A stretch of DNA of 64,000 nucleotides from Lingula anatina (Eukaryota > Animalia > Brachiopoda), in the NCBI GenBank assembly GCA_051362555.1, contig CM120640.1, positions 54,414,788-54,478,787 of the forward strand, written 5' to 3'. The position numbers and the translations under genes were made by a program. The notes under the pieces are model-generated. The model ran no database searches. It worked only from the letters and a program-made list of their open reading frames with translations, and was not told the origin of the DNA. Positions 36,981 to 49,200 of the stretch are shown here, piece by piece (position 1 is the first letter of the stretch; each line of letters opens with the position of its first letter).

Positions 36981-39886
36981 AACGTTTTGTATCTTATTTT
37001 TTTGCCAAAACCACTGAGCCTCGTCGGTCAAAGTATATGCGTCTGTATTCGTGTGAGTGATCAAGAGTTGTATCAAAACCATCGCATTTTCTGCCACGTT
37101 GGGGACATATGCGCACAGAAATAAAATTTACCCGATTCATTAACTCTGACATTTCTTTAATGAGACTTGATAGTTTTCCATTTTCCCATTTTCCCGTTTT
37201 GCATGTGCTTTCATTACTTTCATAAACCTTTCTACAAGATTAATGGCTGATTGACAGAGTGATTTCTAACAATTGAGAACGCATTAGAACAATTAAGGGA
37301 AAGGTGAACTGGTCTCCTGCAGTGTAATGCAGCGACAGTGCAACTCTTTATCCAAGTTTGTAACACTCAAAGTTTGTAAAGGGGGGGGGGGCGCGTTTTT
37401 CAACAGCTTATTCCTTTAAATCTTATGTCCCAAGTCTTGGTACAAGATTAGATTAGTTGTATTTGGAGAATTTCTCCTCACAACGACACTTGTCCAATGA
37501 CCAGTTAAGGGGGGGGGGGGTCTTAAACAGTAAGAGTGCATTCAAATTTGGTATTTTAACTTAAGACATATTTCCACACATCTGACGAAAGAAAAAAATA
37601 ATTTTGTGATTTTTAAGTCTAAAATATTTCTTTTATGAATTAAAATTTAATTTAGGTTAAATGGCATATTGCGAATGAATGGTATACGCCCCCTGTGCTT
37701 GTAAAGATTCGCTGACTGGCTTCCCCAACACGAGTCTCTGGCGTTAAAGCTTATAACACCCCATTAACACCGTGATTTTTCGATTTTCCAAAAACTTAAG
37801 TGTTCTTTTAGAAGAAACACACAAAGGCGTCGCACAGCAGCGCCTAGTACATAGATTTTGCTACATGTCTTTCAAGTACGGAAATTGAATTACTAACGAA
37901 ACCCCATGCCGCTGCACCATTAGAAGACCAAGAGTCATCATAACTCCTCATAGATTTGCCATTTCGAGTTATTTGTCTTTCCCCTGTAATTAGTTATTTT
38001 AATAATATTTAAAACCAATTACTGGCGTACTTTACGACCAATTAGACTCCCTAAAAGATTTTCCGCGGCCCTAGAGACCCAACATGATGGCGAAGAAGGG
38101 CGTTAATCAAAAATCGGAAGACAAATTACAGAAGTATGATGAATGGGTCAATCAAAGGAAAGTCGGTCTGGGGAGGAAAATGTAAACTCTCCAAAGAAAT
38201 CGTTTGACATATCACAGTTGCTTAAAGACATCTAATGATCTTTAATGGTACTATTAGCTATAATGCTGGTCGTATTACTCAAAAATGAAGACGGAAATTT
38301 GAAAACAAAATCATTAAGGGATGAAATGAAGACTAATATTGAAAAGACTTACTGTGACATTCTACCTTAAATGGGTAGGTACATTTGACAAGTTTTCCCA
38401 GACGTCGGTCTTTTTCCCTGTATCGGGTGACGTGTGAATTCAAGGATTCTTAGAATCATAAGAATATGGCTTGCGGAAAAATGCACCGAGTATGATGTTT
38501 ATCTGGAAGGTATTTATTACTTCCCTGGCCAATGACTGCCTAAGTGTGAGGAAAGAGAGCGTAAACAGGCTGGCGTTTGAAATGTTTGCATTGATGTTTA
38601 GTTCAATGTGAATTGCACAAAGAATTAAACATGATAGTGAGATACAGATTGGTCAAAGAAGGCAGTTAATCAAACAAGCTGAACAAGTACTGAGTACATA
38701 TAAATTGTGGAAATAGCTAGTGTAAAATGTACACGGGGTTTTGTCAGTAAACGCATGGCATTTTCATCATTTAAAGAATAATTTAGGCCTGTTGCTTTTT
38801 TACTTACACATCTCTGTTCATAAAATGCTTTTTCTTTAGGACATCACACACACACGCACACAAATAAAACATTTAATTTAATTTAACATTAACATAACAG
38901 TTAATTCACAGAAATGACACTCTTTGAAATTTGCAACCACACTAACAATTGTTAGTAGTTATTTGAGTTGCACAGCTATCCACTATGTTCGTTTCGACGT
39001 CTGCATATGGTCACGTTGTGTGCTCTCTCTGTTGGTCTGATGTCTGTTTGCTTGACTTTCCCTCCATTCAAATACAATGTCAAGATGCCAGTATGAACAT
39101 AAAATGATTTTACATATTTGCCAGCTTGCTCGAAATACAAAGAATGCATGTCAACATACTAGAGAGGGCAAATAATAAAAATAATAAATAAATAACAAGA
39201 AAAATCTGCAAAAGGAAGATGTGCTGTACGATGGAAGATACTATGTTGCAGCAGGAGAGACCTGCTTGAAGACAACATGTTCCATTCCCTTAGGGAACTA
39301 AGAAAAAGACAAATAGAAGTTGAGGGGAGTTCTATCTGTGGCCACACGTATCTCAAACTTAGTCGAGATTGTGGTGAATCTGATAGTAAAGCGCCGTGTC
39401 TCGCCTCGCAAGATCAATCGTCACAGGTAATTGAAGAAAACTTACAAGCTGAGAAATTCGAAGTGACAATAGAGCCAATGAAATTAGCCATTCTTATGCA
39501 TTATTTAACGAGCAACGCGATAAGCTAATAATCAGTTTTCATTTGTCAATACTTTAAATTAATTTACCTATTATTAGGCTTTCAGAATAGCAGCGTTTTT
39601 TGAAAGGGAAAGATTTCATTATTTATTGCGATATCACCAAGAAAGATCGAGACATGCGTAGGCAACGGTGCTTTAAGACCAACATAGTGTATATCTTTTT
39701 TTCTTATATTTTCTTTATATAATAGTCATGGCAAACGTTAGATCTTAATAGTTTTCCTATAGACAGTTATGGCCGTTAAACAGATAATAAGTTCTGATAA
39801 ACCCAGTCCTAAAACTTACAAATTATGATGGCGGGGGTGAGTATTACAGGGACCAAAATAAAATTTAGTTTTAATTTTTCAACATC

Positions 39887-39890
<4 letters not shown>

Positions 39891-39938
<48 letters not shown>
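39891..39938. repeat. Compound (CT)n(CA)n microsatellite
   Basis: direct read. Confidence 0.95.
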
Positions 39939-40149
39939 TGGAATAAATGAGACATATTTGATGCATTCTGTGAATTCATATTATTTCTGGGCATTTCATA
40001 TACATACGGGACGGAAGTAATAGTTCTAATTTAACAAATCTTTCAAGTGTAACTGTTTTTTCACTGGTACACACTGACTTATAATAGACTGTGTATATTG
40101 TTTTGTACATAGCATATCTCTCTCTCTCTCTCACCTATGGACTTGCGTG

Positions 40150-40800
40150 TCAAAGCGTAATCCATTGTTTTTCTGGTTCTTCAAATAATTCACACCAATA
40201 CATTTGAAAATCATCGCCTTATTTCTCAACCCATCCTTATTCCTCTTCTGTTTTTGTTAAAGTCCACATTCAAAACGTAATTTAGTCCTCTTCTCAAATT
40301 CTTTTTACGGCATTTTGTATTGTGCATACTGTATAGTGTAAATTAAAATTGTTGAAATTAGATAGTTGTGCACAGTGTTGAAAATTAGTTTGTTGATAAT
40401 GATTCTATTGAGTTACTGAGTTCATTAGTTAAGCCTGAATTCCAAGAAGAAATTCCCTGTAAGTTTCCACTGTTTGTTACGGTTTCTAAGTTTTCTCTGT
40501 TTGTTTGGTAAAGCGGATCGTTTACCTTAAGTGCCCCTTGCATATTTCAGGCTGCATATGTTTACTGTCCTATTTTTATAAGTTCTATTTAGATTATGCT
40601 TAAACTTGTTTTTGTTAATCCGTCTTCTGTTTCTTTACAACTTTCACTTTTCTTTTTACCTATTTGTAAGATTCGTGTTATACTGTACATATTCATATAT
40701 TTATTCCTATTGTTTAGCATAATTTTATAATAAGTGTTTTATATTAAATGTTTAAGAAATCTTGTCTAGCTCTACTTTTCCTTAGTTTTATCTCGATTAA
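40150..40800 (-). mobile_element. Possible highly degenerate LINE (CR1/L2-like) ORF2 3' remnant
   Basis: Strong strand bias (A-rich on -); fragmentary reads resembling ..LR..N...ET.. and ED..(H)YV.EC..F.K.R; many stops and frameshifts. Confidence 0.25.
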
Positions 40801-41229
40801 TAAGGGCACACTGGCCACTTAAGTAGTGAATACATAGAACATTAAAACTACCCTGAATTTCACATTTTTTGCGACCCGCTATTTTAATTGGCATAAAATT
40901 AAGGTATATTCAATGTTGTCTTCCATTCAGGCAAATAAGTGAGTTGCATTTAATTTTCAAGAATGTAATGTTAATTTAATAGTTCAATTAAAAAAGGGAG
41001 GCACTGACAAAATTCTTTCGCGCTGGCAAATATCGAATTTGAATCACAACTGTTACTAATATTATCTATGAACTCTGACAAATTATAACTACATAAGATA
41101 TCATTATATATGTATACAGTATAATACAGTATATTGTAAAGTTTAAGTCCACTGAGAAGTCAACTTACTAAAGATTTGTGCTCATGGTTTGTGTAGCTTC
41201 AGGCTCATTACCCTCAACACTTTAGGTTG

Positions 41230-41345
41230 ATAATAACCATTTCTTCACCTGGGTGGATAGAGGCATTGGTTTTGAAGTGACTTACCTATTATGGCACACG
41301 GCGTTTATTGGTCGCGAGCCGGATCCGAACTCTCGAGTTACATGT
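41230..41345 (-). mobile_element. tRNA-derived CORE-type SINE fragment
   Basis: + strand CCATTTCTTCACCTGGGTGGATAGAGGCA..GAAGTGACTTACCT..GGCACAC..GAGCCGGATCCGAAC resembles the antisense CORE/MIR segment plus B-box (GTTCGGATCC on -). Confidence 0.45.
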
Positions 41346-42963
41346 AGTGAGTTCTGTCTCACTCCCATGCGACTACAATACATGTATACACTGTATATAG
41401 TGTATTAGAACAAAAAGTGATTTAAAACAATGCAAACGTTTTTTACTGATTTTTTTTTTTTTTTTTTTGCTTTGTCAGGAACATCAAAATAAAATAAACT
41501 AGGTTGGTTCTGCGTTCAGTGTTCAATTATATCACCCTTATGTTGGCATTTATTTTCAATTTATAATGACAAGTGGAGTCGCATCGATTTATTCGCCTGT
41601 TTATTTATTTCCATTATTTTTCTTGCAATATTTAACTAACTGCAATTCTTGAATATGAAGAATGGGAACATATTTCACACATGAACATTTTTCATGTACA
41701 AACTTAATTTAAAATGCCCCATGTAAAGTAAAAAGTTCTTCCACCTTACAAAAGTTCCTAGAATTACTTGTATTATAAAATAGTACAAGTAATAAGGTTA
41801 GGTAAGTGTCAAACGCGGTCTACAGGAAGTTGAAAGGGGTTACTCCCCGTCTTTGTGATTATGTTTATTTTACATGCGCGTGACCTAAACATTTGGGTCA
41901 GATTATAAACTGTGCTGCCTGCATGCAGCTTTAGGCGGAAACTGCTCATGATATACATATATAACGTGCTTTTTTTTTCAATCTCGCTAGTGCTATCAAA
42001 ACACTGTGATACATGAATATCAATTTTGTTAAAGTAATAAAATTGATTATGTTCCTTCGCTTTAAATATGCAAAGATTTGCCAGAAATCTTTCTTAACAT
42101 TTATGAAAATATACTGAAAATTGAAACCTTAATGTGGCTACATTTTATACATTTCAATTATCCATTTGAAAATAAATAACAACATAAAAATTGGAACATT
42201 AACGCAGCTACATTTAATGCTTTTTAATATTTCAATTGAAAAAAAAAGTAACAACATAAAAGATTATTGCACACTGACGATGGAAACAATATTTTAACGC
42301 ACAGCATTAATTTTTTGATCAATACTAAGTGTTACGGAACATTTAAAGGCGCCACATACATATTGTGTGAAAAAGCTGTAAACATATACAATATTTTTGT
42401 ATCATTAAATACATTTATCAATAATAACGATTATCTCAAGAACTGAAAAACTGCAAAATGCAACCGCATGTGCAACCGCAGCGTATCCTAATCATGATAA
42501 AAAACTTCTCCTTTTTGAAATCGATATGTTTAGGGAGGTGCGATATCGATGTGGCACCTAACTTGTACTGAGGAGTACAAAAAGATAATGTCATTTTGGT
42601 AACAAAACCGTTGTTTCTGACATTTTTCAGTGAAAAGGAATCCTTTAATCCTCAAATACTAATCGCTTTGTAACAATAGACTGACAAAATGATAAAATAT
42701 AAATATGATTTAAATTGCACGTTTGAAATAAAAAAATATTGTGTCTCGTTCTTATAACTAAAGTCTCATTAAATATTATCAATTCAATAATGCGTGGCAA
42801 TATCTATCCTTTTTATAATAACAGTATAACCATATAATATGCGACTTCAGGTTTTGGATAAACTAATGACAACATATTGTAAACACTTATCTATACTACA
42901 ATATAACAAATATATGTACAGTTTGGCATGTGGATATCAACTTGTATAATATAAATATTGTAG

Positions 42964-44385
42964 TTACTCACTGTCAGGATTGCTCAACTTTTTGTCGTAG
43001 GATTTGGCCATTATTTTAGCTAGCGATTCTTGCCACCTGAACGAGTCAACGTCTTTATTCTCACGCGGCGAGACGGACGTGGTGGGTCGAAGGAAGCGAG
43101 GAGATATTTGGCTGTGTGAAGCCAAGGTAGACCATGAAGTCACCGTTGCGCTGCTTGTTTGTGGAAAGGCGCCGTGGAGGGTAGCGGTGTGAGGGCTCAG
43201 ACGAGGCCACATGAAGCCCGTTCCAGAAAACGAAACTAACTCCCCAGTGTGATGGCGGTAGCCACCAGATATTAATTGTCTGGCTACTGGGGGAGATTCT
43301 CTGCTACATGTGTTTACTTCAGTTTTTATTTCACGACTTTCCTTGTTGTCATTCACTTTTCTCTCTTCTGGATCAGCATTATCATCTTCTGTGAGCTTCG
43401 TTTCACTTGTACTTGCGAAATCTTCCTCCACGCGTTGTCGTTTAGTTTTGTTGCACTTGCTATCATCGTCCGGTGCCAACAGACTTTCTACATCAAACAT
43501 GCGTTTTCTGCTCGCTGAGGAAATGGGGAGCACCGTTATCAACTCCTCTTCTTCTGCCACTGTGGATGAAGGTGCAGCGATTGTTTTATCTTGCACAGCA
43601 TCTTTGTCGTCTGCGTCTGAACTTGGGCAAGGAGAATCGGCAAACATTCTTCTCTGCCAGTCAGAGGGGGGAGCCGTTGGCGATGGGCTTGGGCTATCTT
43701 CATCTTCAGGCACGGAGAGACCCATGTGTTTGCGAACTTTTCGCTGTGCTTTGCGCCTGCGAAAGTCCCCTTTCTTGAAATCTTCGATGTTTGCAGGGTG
43801 TATGCCCCAATAGTGGCCCTTGCCATTTGCACTACGCCCAGCTTTTATGAAGCAATCATTTAGGGATAAATTGTGCCTTATACTGTTTCTCCAGCCTGGT
43901 CCTCGAGTGCGGAAATATGCATAATTGTCCAAAATCCACTGGTAGATGTCACTTAACACAAGTTTTTTCTCTTTAACACTGAGAATTGCCATGGCGATAA
44001 GACCAATATAGCTATGACTGGGTTTCGGTTCCTCGTGGAGAAATCTGGTACGCGGATCCGCCGTCGTTCTGCCGTACAAGAAAGCATGGGAAAACCCTGG
44101 GGACCCAGCGGCGGGATGGTAGGGTGAAAATGCATGAGGGTGGTACCCGTGAAAACCATACTGTAGCCGGGAGAGGTCATACAAATGAGCCCGGTGGTGA
44201 AATTCGGCCGTCAGTAGACTGGGATGGGTCATCACCGCGGCAGCGACTGCAGACAGTCCAGACCCAGAAGCCGAGAGAGCAGGGTACGTCGGGTTCGGAA
44301 CTTTTAACCCCGAAAAAGGAATAAGCGTTGCTGGCGACGCTGTGGTTGGTACAAATGGCATCTGGGGCCCACTCGAAGGCTGCAT
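42964..44385 (-). CDS. FoxQ2: Forkhead box protein Q2 (fd102C-like type with C-terminal eh1 motif), single coding exon, 473 aa
   Basis: Forkhead domain EEPKPSHSYIGLIAMAIL...GPGWRNSIRHNLSLNDCFIKAGRSANGKGHYWGIHPANIEDFKKGDFRRRKAQRKVRKHMGL is typical of FoxQ2; eh1-like FDVESLL at 43477-43497; first ATG at 44385 (the ORF-track start at 44418 is not an ATG). Confidence 0.93.
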   Translation of the reverse strand: MQPSSGPQMPFVPTTASPATLIPFSGLKVPNPTYPALSASGSGLSAVAAAVMTHPSLLTAEFHHRAHLYDLSRLQYGFHGYHPHAFSPYHPAAGSPGFSHAFLYGRTTADPRTRFLHEEPKPSHSYIGLIAMAILSVKEKKLVLSDIYQWILDNYAYFRTRGPGWRNSIRHNLSLNDCFIKAGRSANGKGHYWGIHPANIEDFKKGDFRRRKAQRKVRKHMGLSVPEDEDSPSPSPTAPPSDWQRRMFADSPCPSSDADDKDAVQDKTIAAPSSTVAEEEELITVLPISSASRKRMFDVESLLAPDDDSKCNKTKRQRVEEDFASTSETKLTEDDNADPEERKVNDNKESREIKTEVNTCSRESPPVARQLISGGYRHHTGELVSFSGTGFMWPRLSPHTATLHGAFPQTSSATVTSWSTLASHSQISPRFLRPTTSVSPRENKDVDSFRWQESLAKIMAKSYDKKLSNPDSE

Positions 44386-44689
44386 TTTTATCCGAAAAAT
44401 AAGTTTTTTTTTTCTCAAAAACTAAAGTTTTAAGTTACTTGAATTACAAAAATGATGTAATGATGTAAAGTTAATAGACTGTCACAAATGTCTGGACGTA
44501 GTTACCCCTTGGATGCCGAGTTTGTGATCACGTCTGCTGCCACTGAAGATCCCTTTGCTGCTTACTTAACACAAAGTTACCCGTAGATGGTCAATTCATT
44601 TGACTTTCTTGTTTCATTGATGAAAAGTGTTGATGTTACAGTCATAGAAAGGTTTCCTTGCCGTTTGATTCGGCGTGTCATCTACTAGC

Positions 44690-44775
44690 AGTTTATATAC
44701 AGGTTTACTTTCCTGTAAGTATGATTGCACGAAGAGTATCCAACGATCTCAGCTTCGATCTCTGTTCCGATTGGT
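44690..44775 (-). promoter_or_regulatory. Candidate FoxQ2 core promoter (TATA and CCAAT)
   Basis: TATATAAA on - at 44692-44699, about 310 nt upstream of the ATG; CCAATCGG on - near 44768-44775. Confidence 0.4.
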
Positions 44776-45247
44776 TGCTTTCTGTGCGATTATCCGCCAT
44801 ACGCAATTAGCTCAGCTTGAGGCATATTGTCCAAGCGAATATTCACCGCTATTTGTTTGAGGCTGTTTATAAATAATAAGGGGCGCTAAAGCAGCAGGTG
44901 TTCAAGAAAATCCACAATAGGGAAATTGTACGAATCATACCGAAAATTACACCTCAATGTTTTGATTGACGTTTCGAAAACAGAGCTGCCAACACATTAT
45001 CTAAGTTGTAGAGACACTCGTTGGATTTAGGGAGACTGTCTCCGTTCGAGTGTCGCTCCCTCTCACAGCCTGTCTCCCCATGACTTTTCTTTCATGTGAG
45101 TCAACTGTGGAGACTGACGCTTTTGTGGGCAATTAGAATTTGGGATTATACCGATCATTATTATCATTATTTTGGATTTATGACAGATGCGTATTGTGAA
45201 TGTTATAATTGCGTATGTCAACACACTAATACACCGGGTATATACTG

Positions 45248-45249
<2 letters not shown>

Positions 45250-45291
<42 letters not shown>

Positions 45292-45315
45292 TACAGAGAG
45301 AGGGACACAGAGAGA

Positions 45316-45351
<36 letters not shown>

Positions 45352-45370
45352 TAGAGAGAGAGGCAGAGAG
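45250..45370. repeat. Compound (GT)n / (GA)n microsatellite upstream of FoxQ2
   Basis: direct read. Confidence 0.95.
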
Positions 45371-46017
45371 AATGTTTGTGGGGGAGAGTGCAATGTATGT
45401 GTGTTATAAATATATGGTCCTGCTGCATTAGGTTTTGGTCGTTTTCAAGACAACCGGTCACATTTAATTTTCAAACCAATATGTCATATTGAATAATTGA
45501 AGAGCTAAATTCCGTGCTTTACTTATTTGTCTCATAAGAACGGAGGCGATAAAATCTCTTCACAGCCTGTGCATTAGTTTGGTCTAGGCTTGGTGACAAT
45601 TTGAGATGTTTATTCTGTGAAAGCAAATGTTAAATTAAATATTGAAATGATACCACAGAGGTTAGAAATGTCTTAATTTCAAACAGTTAATTTTCAAAAC
45701 TTTAATATCAAGTAGTTATATTAATTTTAAAACCTAATTATCTGTGATTGTAAGCACTCAACTAAAACCAATTGATTGGTACATGTAGCAGGCCTCCTTT
45801 TCATTGGCTTGCATATGTAGATTGCATGGACTTTTTTGCGTCTAAAAACGCACCAAGGAAATTTTGTCAGAGTCAATAAGGGACAGAAAAGTATAAGGTA
45901 ACAGCAAAATTTTGAACTGAAAATTACTTAAGATCTTGACAGATCTGAAAAACCAAACATCAATCCCCAAGGTCAGCAACTTTCTTGCTGTAACATGATA
46001 TGAACAAAGGTGAATTT

Positions 46018-46039
46018 GGGGGGGGGGGGGGGGGGGGGG
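46018..46039. repeat. poly-G tract (about 22 nt)
   Basis: direct read. Confidence 0.9.
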
Positions 46040-46130
46040 TTAAAAGGAACGAAGAAACAGATTTCCAACTGTAAAACATGGTCATAATCTATTAGAAATT
46101 TTCTTCTTCAGGAACAAAGCCTTAGAATAT

Positions 46131-46213
46131 ATATGTAAATTTACAAGAGATGATATGAACATTTGTAAATTTACAAGAGATACATTGATATATATGTAAA
46201 TTTACAAGAGATA
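46131..46213. repeat. Three-copy minisatellite TGTAAATTTACAAGAGAT
   Basis: direct read. Confidence 0.85.
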
Positions 46214-49200
46214 AAAATCTTTTCCGCAAGATAGTGTAATTCTTTAACCATGATCCGAAATAAAAATAAGACAAATGATCGGTCCTACATGTACATGTGC
46301 GCTATAAACCATTGGCTAAATGTGATCTCGCTTTAAGTACAGATCTTTGTGCACCTCTGAGACAATTGTACAGGAACTGATACAAATTTGGGAGCTTCAT
46401 CTTTTGCCTTTTCTGTAAAGGGGGATTCAATTTAAACGGATATCACTTTTGGATGAATAGAAACCAATAATGAAAAAATGGAGGAATGAATAATTCCTAA
46501 GATCATGGTTTTGTACATGGGAATAAAAAGTTTCGTTCTATAAACTCACACCTGTACTTATTATTCTATTTTTTCTTGAGGTGATTCTGTAAAAGGATGT
46601 GAAAATAAATATGTTCATATATGAAAATGATTGTACAAGAAATCTGTCAGTTACAGCTTGTCCAAATAAAAGGTATTATCTTTCTCTTATATATTATATA
46701 CGGACACGCGGACGCAGATCCATTGGGCTGTGTTTATTTACTGAAAAAATGTCTTCAAAAAGAACGGTGAAATCTATTTTTCTTGTGACAATTTGGGTAC
46801 AATGTGTCTTCTAGAAAGTATGTGCCTGAAGCGTTATTCTGTGGAATCGCTTCGGAGAAAAATTAAAGTATCGACCTATTTGCAAAAGCGAAGGTAAGCT
46901 ACACAAATCTGTCCTTGGATTATTCCTCTGGAGACAGGAGCAATATTGCACCGAACGTCAAGGGGCTAATTATAATCGTTATTTGCCTTTGATTTGGATA
47001 AATCTTGATATACAAAAGAGCACGAGAAAAGAATAGATCTACTATCCATCTCAAAGGCACTAATTTCTGTGTATTATACTCTGTACAAAGTAACCAGAGA
47101 GCCTCGGAGGAGCACCAATCACCTGAGATAGCTTGCATGAATGACAATCATTAGATCTCGGGTGACCTAAAGCGTGCGTGTGCCATGTCCAAGACAGAGA
47201 AACTCTGCAAACCCATTTTCAGCTGAAGTTTTCATTAATAGCATGCAAAAAGAATCGCCCCTTGATCGATAAAGAAATAAATACACGCATTTTCTACAGA
47301 TAAAATATGGCTTTTTTTGGTTGTTTTCAACAACCGCATGTGACCTATCTCTCTCTCGTACATTATCACATTCTCCGTAATTCAAGTCCTAAATTCGTGA
47401 AATTATGTCTTGGCTCAGTTATATTTTAGATGTCGCCTTTCCCGCTGGTGAATCGTAGCATTCGCTATGCCAGTCTGCGCTTCTTGCGTGGGTAATGCGA
47501 TTAATGTGAATTAAACCGCTGCAAACTTTCACTACATCACGCTGAAGTGGCGGGAAGTCCCTTGAACAGGTAATATGAGAAACGTAAATAATTTACAAAC
47601 ATCAAGCAAACCAGGAGCTGTCACACTGACCACCTCCCGTGTTCAACAATTACGGATTTGCGATTTAGGAAAGCACTGACAGATTGACAGGGAAACAGCC
47701 GGCCCTCGCTATGACCAAACTGTGATGTTAAGGACTCTCCGAGTTGTAATTCGTGTACGAAACTGTTACGACCACAGACCCTTCACCTGGCAATTATCCT
47801 TCATAGTATGTAAAAATTTCTGAAAACATTATTGATAATAATCAACTCGGAATATCACACCTATCGTCAAGAGCCATTGTAATAAGTGCATGTGACAGCT
47901 GTGGAATAAACAAAGACGCATGAAAAATTTTGGTTAAACAAGTTGTTCAAGTTGACGAACTATTAACGTTCTGCAACACTAACAATAATCACCAAACGCT
48001 GTATTAAATGTACACAAATGTTAAGCCATAGTTTTTTTTCTTTTGTTAAACCAGTTTTGTTATTGATTACCATAATATAATTTGAATATGTAAACATATA
48101 GACATTAGCTATAAAAACATCGAAAGTTAAGCTAACGCACGTATAGGCTCACAATGGCCGCAGGTGGCATATTTAAAGCATACGGAGAAAACGAAATTAA
48201 AAATCTGATATATAATTTTAGTATTATTATACTATTCTTTACCATATGATAAAATCTCAAATAGTATTTAGTACACTTTTGTACGGCAAAATGGCTGGTA
48301 TACCTGTAAATTTTATAATACTTCTCATTTTTGTAATTTTGGAGCCAGTCGCCTATGATGTCACGGGCATAGTTTATTGAGCTTCTTTTATTGAACTTGA
48401 GCCACAAGCAAACTACCAGCGGTAAGCAACACAAACGTGACTTAGCTAGTATATCAAGACTTGCGTTCGTCATTTCTTGTCATCTTTTCTTAGTTTGAAT
48501 GAATTTAGGTTTACATAACTACTGTGTACGCAAATACGCATTCCACCAACATCTAAAAGGCGTAAAACATTAAAACAGAAATTGCCATGGACTCCATGTT
48601 TCAGAGAAAAGGGGTTAAGGGGATTGACAATCAAAACAAATCTACAGGTCAACCTCATGTTATGAAAGTGATCATGATTTGACAGATGACTTTTCTTTTA
48701 TTTTCAAGCGAAGCGATTTGTGGGAAAATAGTGTTAGCTTTACAAATAATTCTCAGAAGCGGCACATGGTTCTGTTCAAAAGTATACTTCACACTAATAA
48801 GGATATAATGTATGCTTTCGAACGGAACTACATTTGTATGCTAACGTATACTAATCATATATGAAATAAAACACTCATGCCACGGATTAGGGTGCCGTCT
48901 ACTTCTTAAGCCAGCGTTAACACTTTTTAAAAGACGATTAGCGTCACAGTTGTCAGTCACCAAAGAACTGTCTGTTCAATATGTCTACATACATGCACTA
49001 CGTCTTAGTATAATGAATTCGCTAATGACTAAATCATATTTTTATTCTGGTTGTTCCTGACGTTTGAAATTTTCATTTTGTGTTCAGTATATGAAAACCC
49101 TCTCATATCCGTGCCCTACGCTGAAGAAACGCCCATGCTTTTACATTAGAACGAAATGCGTGATAACACGACAGCAACATTGCCGCAGCTTCTCATTTCC

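Noticed and set aside
43276-44324. Several + strand and alternative-frame ORFs over FoxQ2
   Set aside because: Antisense or shadow ORFs of a GC-richer coding region.
45063-45461. ORFs with HT/CV/ER repeats (also near 14.8-15.1 kb, 36.9 kb and 39.8 kb)
   Set aside because: Translations of microsatellites.
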